A stretch of 57,136 bases of DNA from a virus (lineage: Duplodnaviria > Caudoviricetes): IMG/VR virus record IMGVR_UViG_3300005965_000101, positions 1-57,136 of that record. One strand, written 5' to 3'. Positions 18,718 through 27,971 of the stretch are shown piece by piece; positions within the stretch are counted from its first letter, which is position 1, and every line of letters begins with the position of its first letter. The notes beneath the pieces were generated by a model that was not told where the DNA came from, did not search any database, and saw only the letters and a list, made by a program, of their open reading frames with translations. The position numbers were made by a program, and so were the translations under genes.

Positions 18718-19588
18718 CGAATTAATAGATTATCTTGGGCAGCCTGAAAAGGAATCTGGCGGACATCGCTATTGGCAGTGTCCTTTCTGTAGGGATAAAG
18801 GTAAAGATAATTTAATATATACCGAATCAAAAAACTTGGTGAAGTGTTTCGCTGACCCCGACCATGCGACATTGGTTCTAAAAGAAATAAACAAGCGTAA
18901 ACCCAAAGAAGAAAAGCAGGATTATAAAAGAGAAGAGAGAAAAAAGCCTGAATTTAACATGGAAGAAGGAATCCTGTACTGGTGCGAAAAAAACGAAGAG
19001 TTGATTAAGGATCCTAGAGCTCTTGCTTTTCTTGAAAAAACTCGTGGAATTAAAAAACATACCGTGAAAACCTTAGGTATAGGTTTTGACAGGAAAAACA
19101 AAAAATGGGTACTACCTGTTTTAGGGATGGATGGAGCCTTAAAAGGGTTTGAGTATAGACCGCCTGACTTTAAGGTTTTTAAATACCCACCGGATAATCC
19201 CCCTAAGTGCAGGAAAGAACCGGGAACCCCGTCGATACTATCGCAGATAGGCGTATATATTGAAAATGAATCAGAAGTCCTCGTAATAATCGAGGGCTTT
19301 TTAGATGGATACATTTACTGGCAATTTCTTCAGGAAAAGGGAATTAAAGGTTATCACGTTGTTACTCCCAGCAATGGTGTAGGAACAACATTATCTAGTA
19401 TCGAAAAAGAAAAGGAAATATTCAGCAGGTATAAACAGGTTGTTATTTTCCTTGATAACGATCCACCTGGGCAAAAAGAAACAGAAAAAATTATAAAAGC
19501 ATACCCGGACTTTAAGCCAATGAAACTTAAATGTGGGTGTGAAGATTTTACAGATCATTATATGAAGTGCAAGGAGAAGAAAAAGTAA
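18710..19588 (+). CDS. DNA primase (Zn-binding + TOPRIM)
   Basis: WQCPFC Zn finger, TRGI, IIEGFLD, FLDNDPPGQ TOPRIM motifs. Confidence 0.85.
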   Translation: MLNELIDYLGQPEKESGGHRYWQCPFCRDKGKDNLIYTESKNLVKCFADPDHATLVLKEINKRKPKEEKQDYKREERKKPEFNMEEGILYWCEKNEELIKDPRALAFLEKTRGIKKHTVKTLGIGFDRKNKKWVLPVLGMDGALKGFEYRPPDFKVFKYPPDNPPKCRKEPGTPSILSQIGVYIENESEVLVIIEGFLDGYIYWQFLQEKGIKGYHVVTPSNGVGTTLSSIEKEKEIFSRYKQVVIFLDNDPPGQKETEKIIKAYPDFKPMKLKCGCEDFTDHYMKCKEKKK

Positions 19589-19986
19589 TGACAGAACCAA
19601 GAAAAATTGATCCGATAAAAGAAAAGGCTATTCGCAGGTTTGAAAGGACATTTGAAAGAATGCTGCCGCTTCTGAGTGCAGAAGAAAAAAGCCTACTTGT
19701 AAAAGAAGTAATTATGATGATTGAACCAAAATTCAAGACCACTTCTTTTGCGGTTGTGGATTTGGCGGATTTACTATTGCCGGCCAATAAGTCAAATTAT
19801 ACAAAAATTTCTGTACCTATATGGAATTGGTTACAGGAGCAGGCAAAAATAAACTTGGAATATTTTGACAAGCAAAAAGAAAAGGGCGAGGACCTGCCCG
19901 ACCATGAAACCGTGGAGCACTGGGCAAATATCAGGAATGGTATTGTGCCGTTTGGTTTGAGGGTAGAAAAAGGAGAGCAGGGATGA
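19588..19986 (+). CDS. Hypothetical protein
   Basis: Coupled to the primase stop (TAATG). Confidence 0.55.
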   Translation: MTEPRKIDPIKEKAIRRFERTFERMLPLLSAEEKSLLVKEVIMMIEPKFKTTSFAVVDLADLLLPANKSNYTKISVPIWNWLQEQAKINLEYFDKQKEKGEDLPDHETVEHWANIRNGIVPFGLRVEKGEQG

Positions 19987-20396
19987 ACGCAAAAGAATTA
20001 GCACAGGAACTCAACGGGAGGGATAGAGCAAGACAAGCGGAAATTTCCGAAAAAGAACAACAATTAGCAAAAGAAAAAAATCTCGTAGTTGTCTTTGGAG
20101 CTTCTGATGACCTTATGGAATTCAGGGGTGCAATTGAAGATGAATTTGACTGTTATAACGGCGGAACAGCTTACATTAACAAAAAAGGCTTACTCGAAAA
20201 TGAGTGCGACGATGAGGATTGCCCATATTTTGCAAAAAAGCAAAAACAGGCTTCGCAAATTGAGGCTGTATGGGATGAGGATTCAGACTTTGTTTGGTCT
20301 TATCGAACAGATATACCACACGAAACTTTTGAAATTTTTGAAGAAGGCGAAAACTATTGCAAAGGCATAGTGTTTTCCTTAGACGACATTAAATAA
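19983..20396 (+). CDS. Conserved phage hypothetical protein
   Basis: LVVVFGASDDLMEFRGAIEDE...IPHETFEIFEEGENYCKGIVF pattern; ATGA coupling. Confidence 0.65.
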   Translation: MNAKELAQELNGRDRARQAEISEKEQQLAKEKNLVVVFGASDDLMEFRGAIEDEFDCYNGGTAYINKKGLLENECDDEDCPYFAKKQKQASQIEAVWDEDSDFVWSYRTDIPHETFEIFEEGENYCKGIVFSLDDIK

Positions 20397-20415
20397 GACG
20401 GCAACGGAGAGAGGG

Positions 20416-20811
20416 ATGGAGAAAGGTAAAGAAGAGTGGTTCTTTACTGTGGGCGCCGCTGACGGGTGGGGTAATCCCTGCCCGTATAAGCGCACAACAC
20501 AGCGTGGAAAAAAACTGGATAAAGATTACCGAAGGTATCTTAACTGGAAAACCCACGCAAGAAGTTGTTTCATAGATATGTTTGAAGAACCCCCGGAAAA
20601 CATCTTTGACAATGAAACAAAATATTTTCTGGAAATAACTATATATTTTAAAAACGAGCACCGGGCGGACTGCACAAACGTTCTCAAGGGTCTTGAGGAT
20701 GCTATTTTTGCAGACCCGCTTAATGACAAAAACGTAGTTGGTAGAACGAAGGATTTTTTCTTTGACAAGAAAAACCCAAGAGTAGAAGTGAGAATATGGA
20801 GCAAAAAATGA
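20416..20811 (+). CDS. rusA: RusA-family Holliday junction resolvase
   Basis: RADCTNVLKGLEDAIF...NDKNV...KNPRVEVRI. Confidence 0.8.
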   Translation: MEKGKEEWFFTVGAADGWGNPCPYKRTTQRGKKLDKDYRRYLNWKTHARSCFIDMFEEPPENIFDNETKYFLEITIYFKNEHRADCTNVLKGLEDAIFADPLNDKNVVGRTKDFFFDKKNPRVEVRIWSKK

Positions 20812-21539
20812 AAGGATATAAAGCTTTTAATAAAGACTGGAGCTGCAACGGCTTTAAGTACGAAATAGGGCAGACCTACAAACATGATGACAAAATAGGA
20901 ATGTGTGAAAGTGGATTTCATTTCTGTGAACAGCCACTAGATGTGTTTAAATACTATAATGACGCTTTTAATCAGAAATATGCGGAAATTGAGGCATCAG
21001 GAGAAATAATAAAAGGTGATGACAAACATTGCTGTTCGAAAATTAAAATAATTAAAGAACTAACATACCAAGAATTATATGCACAACAGTTTTTAATTAA
21101 TTTACAAAACATACAAGCATCTAAAGAAACTACCAACACCTCTGGGTATAGGGCACACGCCAACACCTCTGGGTATAGGGCACACGCCAACACCTCTGGG
21201 GACGGGGCACACGCCAACACCTCTGGGGACGGGGCACACGCCAACACCTCTGGGTATAGGGCACACGCCAACACCTCTGGGGACGGGGCACACGCCAACA
21301 CCTCTGGGGACTGGGCTATTGCTTGCTCTTTTGGCGTGAACAGCAAATCAAAAGCAAATAAGGGATGGATAGTTCTTGTTGATTGGCAACAAGATGAAGA
21401 TTATAACTGGTTTATTAATGAAATTTATCGAGCAAAGGTGGGCACGCACAAAATTAAAGGTGTAAAAATACAGCCTGACACTTGGTATTGGTTTGAAGAC
21501 GGTGAATTAAAAAATAAAAAGGAGGAACAACAACAATGA
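20808..21539 (+). CDS. Phage protein with GYKAF..GFHFC N-terminal domain and Ser-Gly nonapeptide repeats
   Basis: KGYKAFNKDWSCNGFKYEIG...CESGFHFCEQPLDVFKYY; NTSG(Y/D)(R/G)AHA repeats; IQPDTWY C-terminus. Confidence 0.75.
   Translation: MKGYKAFNKDWSCNGFKYEIGQTYKHDDKIGMCESGFHFCEQPLDVFKYYNDAFNQKYAEIEASGEIIKGDDKHCCSKIKIIKELTYQELYAQQFLINLQNIQASKETTNTSGYRAHANTSGYRAHANTSGDGAHANTSGDGAHANTSGYRAHANTSGDGAHANTSGDWAIACSFGVNSKSKANKGWIVLVDWQQDEDYNWFINEIYRAKVGTHKIKGVKIQPDTWYWFEDGELKNKKEEQQQ
21133..21311. repeat. 27-bp (9-aa) intragenic tandem repeat, 6 full copies + 1 partial
   Basis: CCAACACCTCTGGG(TATA|GACG)GGGCACACG units at 21133, 21160, 21187, 21214, 21241, 21268, 21295. Confidence 0.95.
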
Positions 21540-22183
21540 GTTTAATTAAACTGAACGCAAAAGACAGAAAGATACAGTGTGATGGACAATATGCTACAAG
21601 CGGAAAGTGGATAGTTGACCTGGACAAAGACCCATTTGGGGAACTTTTAAAAACAAGGTTGGGATTTTATGCCAATAAAAAATCCCCTCAGTTAAATTTG
21701 TTACCCGAAGAAGAATGGGATTACAAAAAATTAATTCCCGGACGTTTTGATTCTTGCGAAGAAATTTACATTACTCCGTTAAAATATGCTTTTGACGGGG
21801 AAAAAGAACTGGCAACAGCTTTTATAAACAAGTCAAGTGATGTTGTTGCTTGGATAAGTGATGAATACTTAAAACTTTTCAACGACATTAAATGGGATAG
21901 CGCATACACTGAAGGTAATTCCAAGCTGGTATGTTTTACCAACGAAGAAAGAGAATTTTTGTTTGGAATTATGCCTGTAAAAATTGACAATTCGTTTAAA
22001 TACTTTGATTTTCTTTCTCAGCATTATTGGAATCTGGAAAACAGAGAAAAACTCAAAGCAAAAGGCTGGTTTGGCGATGAAGAGCCAGAAGAAAATCAAA
22101 AAGTAACAATTTCCACTCAAGAAGGTTCTGTAGAAACGGACACAAAAACCATTAAGCAAGCGGCTAAAAGTTTGAAGAAATAG
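21536..22183 (+). CDS. Hypothetical protein
   Basis: 215-aa ORF, AGGAGG SD, ATGA coupling. Confidence 0.65.
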   Translation: MSLIKLNAKDRKIQCDGQYATSGKWIVDLDKDPFGELLKTRLGFYANKKSPQLNLLPEEEWDYKKLIPGRFDSCEEIYITPLKYAFDGEKELATAFINKSSDVVAWISDEYLKLFNDIKWDSAYTEGNSKLVCFTNEEREFLFGIMPVKIDNSFKYFDFLSQHYWNLENREKLKAKGWFGDEEPEENQKVTISTQEGSVETDTKTIKQAAKSLKK

Positions 22184-22207
22184 GGAAGGGAAACCTTCCC
22201 TATTTTA
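22180..22207 (+). terminator. Intrinsic terminator
   Basis: ATAGGGAAGG-GAAA-CCTTCCCTAT then TTT. Confidence 0.65.
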
Positions 22208-22223
22208 TTAGGGAGGATAAGGG

Positions 22224-22553
22224 TTGCGCAATAAAGAATCGATTATTGCAAGTACGGTTAAAGATATTCTCCAGAAGGATGAAGAGGAGAGAGATAAAAA
22301 AGATTCAATCATCCTTGCGCTTTTTCAGTATGTCAAAAATTTAAATCTAAAGATGAAGCGAATAAGGGGAGAGCTTTTCCGGCAGAAAAACTGGTCAAGG
22401 ATTGAGGAAAACTTTTTGAAAGAAAAAGTAGGGGTTTTGTCCATGGATGAAATTCTTACTTTTTTTAAAGGACGCAGAAGTAAAGGCGCAGTGTTAAAGA
22501 AAATAAAAAGGCTTGGATTTTGGGAGAAATGGAATCAAATAAACACAAAATAA
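22224..22553 (+). CDS. Hypothetical protein with SANT/Myb-like C-terminus
   Basis: WSRIEENFLKE...GRRSKGAVLKKIKRLG. Confidence 0.5.
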   Translation: MRNKESIIASTVKDILQKDEEERDKKDSIILALFQYVKNLNLKMKRIRGELFRQKNWSRIEENFLKEKVGVLSMDEILTFFKGRRSKGAVLKKIKRLGFWEKWNQINTK

Positions 22554-23140
22554 TTCTGGATTTAAGTGGAGGAACTGGCGCATGGTCAGAGCCTTATGCT
22601 GAAGCCGGTTATGACAGAAGAATCATAACTCTGCCAGAATGGGATATTAAGGATTACCTTAATTCCAAAGTTTTACCTAGAAAAGTTTATGGTGTGCTGT
22701 TTGCAAAGGAATGCACTCATTACACAGTTTCCGGGGCGCAATACTGGGAAGAAAAAGACAAAGACGGCAGGACTTTGGAAGACACAAAAGACTTAACTGC
22801 CGGGCCTATGATAATTGCTTTAACTCAACCTGTCTTCTGGTGTATTGAGAATCCGGCTGGAAGGTTAAAAGATTAGATAGGTAAACCTGTTTTTAGTTTT
22901 AATCCCTGTGATTTTGGTGATCCTTACACAAAGAAAACTTTGCTCTGGGGAAAGTTTAATATTCCAATACCGCTTTTATCAGGTATTTGTCCGGTAGTAC
23001 CCAAGTTTATAACAGCAAGTAACGGTGATAGATACAGTCCTATTCATTGGAGTACTGGCGGGAAATCCTCAAAAACTAAGGAAAAACGGAGTGTTACCCC
23101 ACCCGGATTCGCAAAAGCATTTTTTGACGCAAATAGGTGA
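22529..23140 (+). pseudogene. Phage DNA (cytosine) methyltransferase-like gene interrupted by an in-frame TAG
   Basis: ILDLSGGTGAWSEPY (SAM binding), ECTHYTVSGA, IENPAGRLKD*IGKP..FNPCDFGDPYTKKTLLWG...RSVTPPGFAKAFF; TAG at 22874-22876 and the same frame continues to 23140. Confidence 0.75.
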
Positions 23141-23143
23141 AGT

Positions 23144-23869
23144 ATGAAAGTAAGAGTATGGTTTTCCTGTGGTGTGGCTTCTTTTGTCGCAGGAATTTAC
23201 GCATTAAAAAAATACAAAAGTGTTGAATTTATCAGGAATCATATTTATGGAGAACATCCTGATAACGGAAGAATTCATAACGAAGCGGAAAAGGTCTATA
23301 AGCAACCGATAAAAATAATTTTATCTCCATATAAAGACCATTTTGAAGTTATCGAAAAAACAAAGTGGATAAAAGGCAAAGGAGCAAGATGCACACAGGA
23401 GCTTAAAATAAGACCCCGCCAAAGACTGGAATATGAAGAACCAGCAGATATTAATATTTTAGGCTTTACCGTTGATGAAACTGTCAGGGCAGAAAGATTT
23501 AAAGAAAGGCTTCCTGATACTCCTGTCGAGTTTCCCTTGATTGAAAAGAATTTAACTAAAGAAAACTGCTTGTGCCAATTTAAAAAATATGGGATAAAGC
23601 AGCCCGCTATGTATGAACTTGGTTATGAAAACAACAACTGCATTGGCTGTATAAAAGGCGGGGCTGGCTACTGGAACAAAATAAAAAAAGACTTTCCCGA
23701 GATATTTGACAGAATGGCGAAACTGGAAAGAGAAATAGGGTTTTCGATATTAAGAAATAATGATGTTGAAAAAGATTATAAACTTTTTCTTGATGAATTA
23801 CCTGAACTTAAAGGGAAGCCACCAAAGCCAATAGTTGCACAGTGCAGTATTTTTTGCGGGCAAATATAG
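23144..23869 (+). CDS. PAPS-reductase-like (adenine nucleotide alpha hydrolase) phage protein
   Basis: VWFSCGVAS, EHPDN, ARCTQELK, GFTVDE, MYELGYENNNCIGCIKGGAGYWNKI. Confidence 0.75.
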   Translation: MKVRVWFSCGVASFVAGIYALKKYKSVEFIRNHIYGEHPDNGRIHNEAEKVYKQPIKIILSPYKDHFEVIEKTKWIKGKGARCTQELKIRPRQRLEYEEPADINILGFTVDETVRAERFKERLPDTPVEFPLIEKNLTKENCLCQFKKYGIKQPAMYELGYENNNCIGCIKGGAGYWNKIKKDFPEIFDRMAKLEREIGFSILRNNDVEKDYKLFLDELPELKGKPPKPIVAQCSIFCGQI

Positions 23870-23879
23870 CAGGTGATTT

Positions 23880-24056
23880 ATGAACGACCTCAGGGGTTAT
23901 ATCGAAAGATGGGTGGACGGAGAGATAAAACTTCAGGAAAAAGGATTATTTAAGCCCGACCATCCCATGATAACAAAAGAAAACAGGGACTACTGGATTG
24001 AGTATTATTATCAGCTTAATTTCAAAGAGGATAAAAATGGGAAAGAGGCAAGATAG
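23880..24056 (+). CDS. 58-aa hypothetical protein
   Basis: AGGTG SD; MNDLRGYIERW...GKEAR*; below the ORF-track cutoff. Confidence 0.5.
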   Translation: MNDLRGYIERWVDGEIKLQEKGLFKPDHPMITKENRDYWIEYYYQLNFKEDKNGKEAR

Positions 24057-24342
24057 ATGGTTTAAAAAGCAGAGGACGTGGAGTTGTAACAGGTTAATAC
24101 ATTTTATGCGGAGGGCAAAAGAAAGACATAACCTTGACATCTCCGCTTTTGATTACAACGACATGATAGAGCAGGTTAAAAACGGATCTGCAGAGCAAGT
24201 GAATAAGTCCATTTATGGTGTTAGTTGCCAGTGTAAAAAAGTTTATATCGTAACGAGTTTATGTAAAGGCAAAATTTCTTTAAAGACAATGCTGCCAGAA
24301 AATTTTGAAGTTTATAAAGAAAAAGGAGAAGAAAATGAATAG
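24037..24342 (+). CDS. Hypothetical protein
   Basis: HFMRRAKERH...LKTMLP pattern; start likely the ATG at 24037. Confidence 0.5.
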   Translation: MGKRQDRWFKKQRTWSCNRLIHFMRRAKERHNLDISAFDYNDMIEQVKNGSAEQVNKSIYGVSCQCKKVYIVTSLCKGKISLKTMLPENFEVYKEKGEENE

Positions 24343-24523
24343 TTGCTGCGAAACAGTTTTAAAAGCTCTGAAAGAGCAGAAAAAACAGCTTGAGAATACT
24401 TTAATGGAGTTTGAATTAACCATTGAACAAATTGAAGACGGATATTGTGAAGGTGGCTTCTGTACAGAAAGATTTGTTAGTTTAGCCCAAAAGGTTGCTG
24501 GAGGGGAAAATGCTAAGAATTAA
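24335..24523 (+). CDS. Hypothetical protein
   Basis: AAGGAG SD, overlapping-gene arrangement. Confidence 0.45.
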   Translation: MNSCCETVLKALKEQKKQLENTLMEFELTIEQIEDGYCEGGFCTERFVSLAQKVAGGENAKN

Positions 24524-24833
24524 ATTTCAAAAAGATTATTTTAAGTTGCATAGACAAAAAACAGCAGAGTTACTTACTGTCAGAGAAATCAAAATAGACA
24601 AAAATACCCCACAGGAATTTATGGATTATGACACCGTTATGTGGGATGGAACATGCTATGACCTAAAGCCCGGTGTTTATCTGCAATTAATTTTCCTGGG
24701 AGATAAGCGAATCCCTTTTTGCACAGTAAGACCAAAGTTTGGGAAATTCGGAAACAAGGAAGAGTATTACAAAAACCAAATAGGAAAAATCTTTGAAATA
24801 GAAATAGAGGAAATTGGCAATGGAGCTAAATAA
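24510..24833 (+). CDS. Hypothetical protein
   Basis: GGAGG SD before the ATG at 24510. Confidence 0.55.
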   Translation: MLRIKFQKDYFKLHRQKTAELLTVREIKIDKNTPQEFMDYDTVMWDGTCYDLKPGVYLQLIFLGDKRIPFCTVRPKFGKFGNKEEYYKNQIGKIFEIEIEEIGNGAK

Positions 24834-25752
24834 GATACACCATGGAGACTGCTTGGAAGTTCTTAAATCTTTCCCTGATGAAAGTGTGGATTTATGCGTT
24901 ACATCTCCCCCGTACTGGGGAGGGCTAAGGGATTATGAAGTTGAGGGACAGCTTGGTTTAGAAAAAGATTTCCTGGAGTATATAGAAAAACTTTGTAATA
25001 TCTTTGATGAAGTTTACAGGGTTTTACGTCAGGCCGGAACTTGTTGGGTAAACTTAGGAGATACTTATTCTGGGAGTAACCACGGATATGGCGATAAAAC
25101 TCCTGATCCTATTCTTAAGGAAAACTCTCGTCCGAGGAATATAAAGCCAATAAAAACTCCCTTGCCAAAGAAATGTTTATGTAAAATTCCTGACAGGTTC
25201 GCTATAAAAATGTGTGATAGCCATAAATGGATTTTACGAAATGACATTATATGGCACAAGCCTAACCAAACTCCGAGTAGCGTAAAAGATAGGTTCACCG
25301 TTGATTTTGAGTATTTATTTTTCTTTGTGAAAAATCAAAAATATTATTTCAAACAACAGTTAGAACCTCATATATCAAAAACGCGCAAAGATCATATGGT
25401 AGGACATCGAGCGTGGAACAATGATTCAATGATGCAAAGAGGAAAAGATGCAGTCATGAAGTATAATCCTTTGGGAAGGAATAAGCGTACTGTATGGAGT
25501 ATTAACACAAAACCCTGTCCTGAATCTCATTACGCTGCTTTTCCGGATGATTTGATTAATCCCATTATTGATTCAAGTTGTCCGCCTGAAGGACTTGTCC
25601 TTGACCCTTTTATGGGATCAGGAACCACAGCAGAAGCCGCCCTAAAAAACGGGCGGTTTTTTATTGGCGTTGAGTTAAACGAAAACTACGTGAAAATGGC
25701 ACAAAAAAGAGTGCAGGGAATTGGAAGGCAGTTAAGACTTGGAGGCGCTTAA
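24814..25752 (+). CDS. Site-specific DNA methyltransferase (N4-cytosine/N6-adenine, beta class)
   Basis: GDCLEVLK, VTSPPYWG, IIWHKPN, HYAAFP, VLDPFMGSGTT, GVELN. Confidence 0.95.
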   Translation: MAMELNKIHHGDCLEVLKSFPDESVDLCVTSPPYWGGLRDYEVEGQLGLEKDFLEYIEKLCNIFDEVYRVLRQAGTCWVNLGDTYSGSNHGYGDKTPDPILKENSRPRNIKPIKTPLPKKCLCKIPDRFAIKMCDSHKWILRNDIIWHKPNQTPSSVKDRFTVDFEYLFFFVKNQKYYFKQQLEPHISKTRKDHMVGHRAWNNDSMMQRGKDAVMKYNPLGRNKRTVWSINTKPCPESHYAAFPDDLINPIIDSSCPPEGLVLDPFMGSGTTAEAALKNGRFFIGVELNENYVKMAQKRVQGIGRQLRLGGA

Positions 25753-25836
25753 TGTATGAAGCTATATTTTTAATTTTCATATTTCTGGCAATAGGTTACA
25801 TACAGCACCGTAAAGGCTTGCACTAAGGAGGATAGT

Positions 25837-25986
25837 ATGAAGTTTCCGTTTGGAAAATACAAGAGCGAGGATATAAAGGAAGTTTCACAGACTGAAGACG
25901 GGGAGCAATATTGCCGCTGGCTTGTAGGGCAAAGTTTTTGTCCTCAAGAAATCTATGACTATATAGTTTACGAATTAGAAATTTAA
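25837..25986 (+). CDS. 49-aa FPFGKYK-motif protein (DUF3820/ExoX C-terminal-like)
   Basis: MKFPFGKYKSEDIKEV...YCRWL; AAGGAGG SD; below the ORF-track cutoff. Confidence 0.6.
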   Translation: MKFPFGKYKSEDIKEVSQTEDGEQYCRWLVGQSFCPQEIYDYIVYELEI

Positions 25987-26002
25987 GGAAAGGATATATA
26001 AA

Positions 26003-26308
26003 ATGCCAAGGTCGGAATGCAATATACCCTGTAATGGGTTCAAACAGCTTGAAGGTAAACTTAAAAACCAAAAAACTCTTACCGCAAAATTTGCGGCAGA
26101 TGCCGACAGGCTTGAAAGAGAAAATAAAAAACTAAAAGAAGAAAACGATTTTTATAAAGACTTTGAAAATTTCAGAATAAGCAAGGAAACAGATGTTGTT
26201 TGCTGCGAAAAAGCCGAACAGGGCAAATGCTATCCGTTAAGAAAGGCTATTGAAAAATCTAATGAAATTCAGGAGGGATGGCATGCAGTCCGAAGAAACC
26301 AGAAATAA
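26003..26308 (+). CDS. Hypothetical coiled-coil protein
   Basis: 101-aa co-oriented ORF with SD. Confidence 0.5.
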   Translation: MPRSECNIPCNGFKQLEGKLKNQKTLTAKFAADADRLERENKKLKEENDFYKDFENFRISKETDVVCCEKAEQGKCYPLRKAIEKSNEIQEGWHAVRRNQK

Positions 26309-26486
26309 AGCAATGAATGAAGGGTGGCTTGCTGATTATTACCAGCAGGTCATGGAATATGACAGGAAAGCAAAAAAACTGCCGGAATTAAAAAGAAAAA
26401 AAGCGCAATTATTTACATTAAAGCGTGAAATTGAAAAGAAGATTTATGAATTAACATTACAGATACAAGAAATGGAGAATAAGTAA
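26283..26486 (+). CDS. Hypothetical coiled-coil protein
   Basis: GGAGG SD; coupled to xis by TAATG. Confidence 0.45.
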   Translation: MQSEETRNKAMNEGWLADYYQQVMEYDRKAKKLPELKRKKAQLFTLKREIEKKIYELTLQIQEMENK

Positions 26487-26656
26487 TGGAAAGAGAATTG
26501 CTCACGCCTGAAGAAGCTGCAGAATATTTTACAGTAAAACCATCCACATTCAGAAGTTGGATAAATAGAGGTGATATTCCGCCAGATATCATAAAAAAAA
26601 TAGGCGGCACAGTGCGAATAAAAAAAAGCAAACTTAAAGAATTTATACAAAAATAA
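26486..26656 (+). CDS. xis: Excisionase / HTH_17 recombination directionality factor
   Basis: MERELLTPEEAAEYFTVKPSTFRSWINRGDIP...KIGGTVRIKKSKLKEFI (56 aa) directly upstream of the integrase; not in the ORF track. Confidence 0.85.
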   Translation: MERELLTPEEAAEYFTVKPSTFRSWINRGDIPPDIIKKIGGTVRIKKSKLKEFIQK

Positions 26657-26660
26657 AAAT

Positions 26661-26686
26661 GCCTCCCTACGGGGAGGTCTTTTTTT
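26661..26686 (+). terminator. Intrinsic terminator between xis and int
   Basis: GCCTCCC-TACG-GGGAGGT then CTTTTTTT. Confidence 0.75.
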
Positions 26687-26725
26687 GTGTTAAATTTTTT
26701 ATAAGTAAAAAATATTTTGTATTTT

Positions 26726-27745
26726 ATGAGTGTATCACAAAAAGGTAAAAATGGCAGGTGGTACTGCGAATTTATGATTGCCGGAGAACGGTATTATTTT
26801 ACCTGCGAAGGAGCAAAAGACAAGAACGAAGCAAAAAAATTTGAAACTAAAATAAAGGCAAAAATTCTTGAAGGGGAAGAAAAGAAAAAAAATAATAAAA
26901 ACAAAATCCTCCTCTCTGAAATGACAGAAAAATATTTAAATTATTCAAGAGTAAATAAGCCAGCAAGCTACAGTCATGATAAATATTATAAAAATTACTG
27001 GTTATCTTTTTTTGGTGATAAACCTTTAAATGAAATAAAACCAATTGATATAGAGTGCTATAAAACTCATAGACTGGAAGAAGATGGCAAAAGCCCTGCA
27101 ACAGTAAATAGAGAAAAAAACTCTTTAAGCAAAATGTTTTCTTTAGCAGTTCAAAATGGATATATCAAAGAAAACCCATGTTCAGGGGTTAAAAATCTTA
27201 GGGTTCAAAATCATAAAATTAGATTCCTTACAAAAGAAGAAGAAAAAAGGTTTTTGAAAAGAACAGAAGGGCATTGGATTAAACCCTTATTAATTACTGC
27301 CTTACACACAGGAATGAGGCAAGGAGAAATTTTAAGTCTAACCTGGGATTGTGTTAATTTTGAACAGAATTATATTGATGTTTTAAGGACCAAAAATGGG
27401 GTGCCTCGACAAATCCCCATGTCAGCAAAATTGCGAACCACATTGCAGGAGCTTTTTGAGATAACAGAAAGTGATTATGTTTTCGTAAATCCCATAAGCA
27501 AAAATAGGCACTGTGCAAGGAATATACAGGAAGTATTTAATTTTTTTACGGAAAAAGCAGAAATTAAAAAACTTACTTTTCACGATTTAAGGCATACAGC
27601 TGCAACCAGGATGGTAGAAAAAGGAACTGATCTGGTTGTAGTTAAAGAAATTTTAGGGCATAAGAATATTACAACAACAATGAGATATGCCCACCCTGTA
27701 CCTGAAATCAAAGCAAAAGCTATACAATTTTTAAATGATTACTAG
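26726..27745 (+). CDS. int: Tyrosine recombinase (phage integrase)
   Basis: N-terminal arm-binding strand GRWY, SPATVNR, TGMRQGEILSL, TKNG, FHDLRHTAAT, ILGH, TTMRY. Confidence 0.96.
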   Translation: MSVSQKGKNGRWYCEFMIAGERYYFTCEGAKDKNEAKKFETKIKAKILEGEEKKKNNKNKILLSEMTEKYLNYSRVNKPASYSHDKYYKNYWLSFFGDKPLNEIKPIDIECYKTHRLEEDGKSPATVNREKNSLSKMFSLAVQNGYIKENPCSGVKNLRVQNHKIRFLTKEEEKRFLKRTEGHWIKPLLITALHTGMRQGEILSLTWDCVNFEQNYIDVLRTKNGVPRQIPMSAKLRTTLQELFEITESDYVFVNPISKNRHCARNIQEVFNFFTEKAEIKKLTFHDLRHTAATRMVEKGTDLVVVKEILGHKNITTTMRYAHPVPEIKAKAIQFLNDY

Positions 27746-27775
27746 TATTTTATGAATGCGGACATAATTTAAAAC

Positions 27776-27968
27776 TACGGAAAATTTTACGGAAAAAACT
27801 AAAAAATGGAGCGTACGAGATTCGAACTCGTGGCCTCCTGAATGCCAATTTTTGCATTTTTTACACAACCCTCTTTTTAAAAAATCCAACATTTTCAATA
27901 TTTTTGGGGTTATGCAAAAAATTATACGTCATATAAAAAACATATTAATTACGGAAGAAATTACGGAA
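27776..27968. mobile_element. attP: tRNA-Ala(GGC) 3'-half core with flanking arm-type repeats
   Basis: Minus strand 27847-27807 reads TGGCATTCAGGAGGCCACGAGTTCGAATCTCGTACGCTCCA (GGC anticodon, T arm, acceptor 3' strand); TACGGAA at 27776, 27788, 27950, 27962. Confidence 0.88.
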
Positions 27969-27971
27969 TTT

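Noticed and set aside
21133-21311. Possible CRISPR array
   Set aside because: Units are contiguous 27-mers with only a 4-nt two-state difference, have no unique spacers, are in frame within a CDS, and there are no cas genes.
22874-22876. Genome-wide TAG recoding (alternative genetic code)
   Set aside because: TAG ends apparently complete genes (integrase at 27745, also 23869, 22183, 10489), long genes are unbroken in the standard code, and no suppressor tRNA was seen.
23144-23869. Complete Dnd/Ssp phosphorothioation or 7-deazaguanine modification cluster
   Set aside because: No DndD/E, cysteine desulfurase, DpdA or Que-pathway genes were recognised; only isolated PAPS-reductase-fold genes are present.
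27807-27847. Functional tRNA-Ala gene
   Set aside because: Only the anticodon loop to acceptor 3' strand is present; the D arm and 5' acceptor strand are missing, so it is an att core.
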